Shown: piece after piece, positions 63,488 to 64,000 of the stretch
Layout of the letters: each line of letters opens with the position of its first letter
Numbering within the stretch: the stretch's first letter is position 1
Assembly: GCF_009914755.1 (NCBI RefSeq)
Contig: NC_060936.1
Direction: 5' to 3' (one strand)
Source of the DNA: the human T2T-CHM13v2.0 reference genome, Homo sapiens
Length of the DNA: 64,000 nt
The notes under the pieces: model-generated
What the model was told of the DNA's origin: nothing
Seen by the model: the letters and a program-made list of their open reading frames with translations, nothing else
Databases searched by the model: none
Position numbers and translations under genes: made by a program

Positions 63488-64000
63488 CTGTGGAGAGAGG
63501 ACAAGCACCTTAAAGGACATCCTGATCCTTGGAAATGACAGGACTGAGAAAGGATTTATCTAACCAGCTGTGAACCAGACGACTAAAACCCTTCAGTTAA
63601 TTTTTCAAATATCTCAAAAAGAAGTGAAGTGAAATCAAAACTTAAATCAAACTCTACAGCCACAAAATTAGAGGGAGAAAGATAATCCTTATGGCCAGGT
63701 GCGGTAGCTCACGTCTGTAATCCCAGCACTTTGGGAGGCCGAGGCGGGTGGATCACCTGAGGCTGGGAGTTCGAGATCAGCCTGACCAACATGGAGAAAC
63801 CCCGTCTCTATTAAAAATACAAAATTAGCTGGGCGTGGTCCAGTTATTCAATTGATGGATAAGCAGAGACATTAGGTGTGTTGCTCAAGGTCACACGGCT
63901 AGTTGAGGCAAGTCAGAGCCACCCTCAATCCTGTCAATTCCCATCTGGTACTCTTCCCCCATACAGATGACCTTCGGACCCAAATTCTAAATTTGGGTCC

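Overview
Human (primate) genomic DNA, Alu-dense, recognisable as the GCN1-RAB35 locus (chr12q24, from recall). Both genes lie on the minus strand. The window holds the last 44 exons of GCN1 (63487 to ~20440). Their GT-AG boundaries join by hand into one uninterrupted 6650-nt frame ending at TGA 21021-21023, about residues 456-2671 if the protein is 2671 aa; exon numbers assume a 58-exon gene. A ~10 kb repeat-rich spacer follows, then the RAB35 CpG-island promoter and coding exons 1-2. MIR4498 sits in a short GCN1 intron. The most interesting structure is at 45.4-49.1 kb. A 180-bp, 177/180-complementary, non-Alu inverted duplication brackets GCN1 exons 29-31 and would drive a 389-nt circRNA. 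That circle reads as a single 129-aa ORF whose stop overlaps its own start (TGATG) across the back-splice junction. Nearby are a 36-nt duplication that copies a splice donor in frame and two further tandem duplications. No prokaryotic systems or CRISPR arrays are present; most ORF-track entries are Alu or CpG-island artefacts.
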